Shown here piece after piece: positions 61,101 to 64,000 of a stretch of DNA of 64,000 nucleotides. The position numbers and the translations under genes are program-made. The stretch comes from Anolis carolinensis (Eukaryota), in the NCBI RefSeq assembly GCF_035594765.1, contig NC_085841.1:240208689-240272688 (forward strand), given 5' to 3'. The notes under the pieces were generated by a model. It was not told where the DNA came from, made no database searches, and saw only the letters and a program-made list of their open reading frames with translations. Numbering within the stretch: position 1 is the first letter of the stretch; each line of letters begins with the position of its first letter.

Positions 61101-64000
61101 TGCCCTCTAGAAGTAGGGGAGATTTAGTTCCATTGAAAGGAAATTATAAGACCAACAAAAAAGCAATAATAGTTTGCAGAACAGGAAAGCTATGTATGTC
61201 TTTCTCTTGCTGTGCAATATAGGTCAACAGATTTAGCCCTACCTGTGCATATTTCTGTTTCATTTTATATTTGACTCTTGAAGTCATCCCCCAGTCTGAA
61301 AACTCACACAAATGTAAAAACATCTCTTGAAAACAAAGCTTTTATTATGTAGGCCTGATCTGGTCCTAGTTACTGTTGTTGTTGTTTTTTTACAACACAC
61401 TTTTCATATTTGAACTTTTTTTCCCCTCTCAACCTTTTTTGAAACTAAGTGGAAAATGGGGGAGAAGTGAGAAGAAGAGCAGAGGTTCATGTGAACCCCT
61501 ATGGAGATGCACTATATAATCAATGTGAAATGTTGCATGGAGAGATAGTGTAAGGAAAACCAGAAGAAAGACTGATAACATGATAGAGTGCAAAGACTTT
61601 ACTGAACATAGTTTACTATTATTACTGTGACTTTAAGGATGACATACGTTCCAGCAAGTAATGAGAGAGGTTTGTATTACAGTGACTTTGTCACCTTGAT
61701 AATCTCACCACCCTTCTTTCTATCTACAGTCCAATTTGCCCTATTATACATGGCAAGAGGTGCAGGCACGGATTGTGCAAATCCAGAAGGAACACCAGAT
61801 CTGCATCCATAAGAAGGAGCTGACCGAGTTGGACGTCTACCATCGCATCCTACGTTTCAAGAACTACATGGTGGCCATGGTGAACAAGTCACTTCTGCCT
61901 GTGCGCTTCCACCTTCCTCTGCTGGGTGACACAGTCTTCTTTACACGTGGCCTCAAGTACAACTTTGAGCTGATCTTTTTTTGGGGGCCAGGCTCCCTCT
62001 TTGAAAATGAGTGGAGCCTTAAGGCAGAGTACAAGCGAGGCAGCAACCGCCTGGAACTGGCTGATAAATTAGGCACCCGCATCCTTTGGATTGGCATTGC
62101 CAACTTTCTGCTCTGCCCACTTATCCTCATCTGGCAGATCCTCTATGCTTTCTTCAGCTACACAGAGATTCTCAAGCGAGAACCAGGCAGCCTGGGAGCT
62201 CGCTGTTGGTCCCTTTACGGCCGCTGCTACCTGCGGCACTTCAACGAGCTGGACCATGAGTTACAGTCACGGCTCAGCAAAGGCTACAAGCCAGCTTCCA
62301 AGTATATGAACTGCTTCATTTCACCTTTGCTCACCATTGTGGCCAAGAATGTGGCCTTCTTTGCTGGCTCCATCCTAGCTGTCCTCATTGCCCTTACAAT
62401 TTATGATGAGGATGTGCTGGCCGTGGAACATGTCCTCACTACTGTCACCATCCTGGGCGTGGGTGTCACTGTCTGCAGGTGAGCAGGGCCATATCAGCAG
62501 AAGCCTTGCTGTGCTTTTGAGACCAGTGCTTTCTGTTTTGTTGGACCATCTATTTTTACAGCCACCATAGCCCATTTCCCCAGTGTTATCATATTTGGTG
62601 CCATGTAGATGAATGGCAGGCCACTACAGCAAAGCCAATCATATGTAGAAGATACTGAAACATGGTGCTTGGTTACAGAATATGAAACAGTGGTTGCTTA
62701 CTGTTACCAAATGTGTGTATTTTTAATTTTGTGGCATTAAATTTTGTGGCATGTGGCATTAAAATTCAGATGTGCACAACCAGCTTCAAAAATATAGTCC
62801 ACATTGAAATTGGGGAGAAAAACTGAAATATAGTGAGCTCTCCACACTCATTGGAGTTAAGGGTACAAGACCCCCATGAAAGTGGAAAAAAACCCTCTTA
62901 AGAATTTCAAAGTTCTTCAGCACAACCTCTGGCAGAAGTTGGCTGTAGAGCTGAAATGGTGGACTTTTGAGATTCCAAGAGAGTCCATATTAATCAAAAT
63001 CACAAATAATCAAATTCACAAAAGGTTAGATCCATCAATATGGAGGGCTGATTGTACAACATAAAGAACACAAATAAAGCAATGATGGGAATGGTACAAC
63101 TGAGTGTTTGCTGTTTAAATTACTTATTTTTGAAATTTAGTTGTGAAAATCTGAGATTTTATCATTTTCAAAATGCAAGTAATATTGTTGCTGACATTAT
63201 TTTCAAATAGTATAACTTGCTGCTGGCTTCATGCCACTGAAAATATGCAGCTTGATAGAGATATTAGAATCCAGAATCTAGGAATGTTGCTGGGTCTGTG
63301 AGGAATTGTTTCAAGATTCTCTTAGATAAACAAAATTATATTTTGCATTTTATTTTTTATCAAACAGTTGTATAATCTGCTAGTGACTTGTATATTCCAA
63401 AGCAGCACATAAACAAAAATGTAAAATAGATTTGTCCCCACTAAAGTGAATTATTTTGGTTAAAATAATTACACATTCAGAACCGTTAAGAGTTTCTCTC
63501 CATAAAGATGTCTGTATAGCGGTTTTTTCTTTTAAAAAGTTCTGAGGTTGTTAATTTGGGCACATTCAAGGAGGATATGGCTACCAGTTACATTGGCTCT
63601 CTGTTATCTCCAGTATTGGAAAAAGAATCCAGAATCTTCAGTAGAATAGTTCCTGATGAACATAATTAGAAAGGTACTATTCACTAATGTCATGCTTACA
63701 GCCTTTCCAGAGGATCTGGTTAGCTACTGCAGGTACAAAATGTTGTGTTTGATAAGCCTCCAGTGGAGATCTTCCACTATTTTGTAACCTAGATCATGAG
63801 GTCATGCAGCATTTCTCAAGACACTGCTTTTTCATTTGCTTACTGTTTCCAAGGGATGCAGATCTCTTGACGTGTTTTTGTGTCCTCTCTCGGCTGCAGA
63901 TCCTTCATCCCAGATCAGCACTTGGTATTCTGTCCAGAGCAGCTGCTTCGAGTGATTTTGGCACATATCCACTACATGCCTGACCACTGGCAAGGCAATG
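58036..64000 (+). CDS. ATG9A: Autophagy-related protein 9A (lipid scramblase), 5' portion
   Basis: Exons 58036-58138, 58582-58625, 59460-59524, 60015-60176, 60416-60557, 61730-62478, 63900-end translate MAHFDTEYQRLE...WHHIENLDLFFSRVYNLHQKNGF...YHRILRFKNY...LRHFNELDHEL...SFIPDQH. Confidence 0.97.
58582..58625 (+). CDS. ATG9A: ATG9A coding exon 2
   Basis: PWHHIENLDLFFSR|atatcctt. Confidence 0.92.
58626..59459 (+). other. ATG9A: U12-type (minor spliceosome) AT-AC intron
   Basis: 5' ATATCCTT; branch site TTCCTTGAC 59440-59448; 3' ...TTCAC; removal gives in-frame FFSR/VYNLH. Confidence 0.93.
59460..59524 (+). CDS. ATG9A: ATG9A coding exon 3
   Basis: VYNLHQKNGFTCMLISEIFEL. Confidence 0.93.
60015..60176 (+). 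CDS. ATG9A: ATG9A coding exon 4
   Basis: QFIFVVAFTTFLVSCVDYDILFANK... Confidence 0.94.
60416..60557 (+). CDS. ATG9A: ATG9A coding exon 5
   Basis: IQTNGFLLSILVIAGVFWIHRLIKF...ALKIPM. Confidence 0.94.
61730..62478 (+). CDS. ATG9A: ATG9A coding exon 6
   Basis: SNLPYYTWQEVQARI...LGVGVTVC. Confidence 0.95.
63900..64000 (+). CDS. ATG9A: ATG9A coding exon 7 (truncated by window)
   Basis: SFIPDQHLVFCPEQLLRVILAHIHYMPDHWQGN. Confidence 0.93.

Overview
Vertebrate genomic DNA, almost certainly a squamate reptile (Anolis-like, judged from the Sauria SINE, BovB-type RTE, CR1/L2 LINEs and abundant Penelope-like elements). It holds the conserved four-gene block STK16(-) / GLB1L(+) / ANKZF1(-) / ATG9A(+). 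GLB1L (16 coding exons, ~634 aa) and ANKZF1 (15 coding exons, ~706 aa) are complete; STK16 and ATG9A run off the window ends. STK16/GLB1L and ANKZF1/ATG9A are head-to-head pairs sharing very compact CpG-rich promoters, and GLB1L and ANKZF1 converge tail to tail. Exon boundaries were read by hand and checked for frame continuity. Notable non-routine signals: (1) a U12-type AT-AC intron in ATG9A; (2) a GC-AG intron in ANKZF1; (3) stacked upstream ORFs in the predicted ATG9A 5' UTR; (4) about eight minimal hammerhead-ribozyme motifs in one Penelope-like family, plus a full three-stem hammerhead relic in a second family; (5) a DIRS-5'/Penelope-3' junction; (6) a full-length long-TIR Tc1 element with a nested insertion. 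No database searches were run, so family names come from recognition of motifs.
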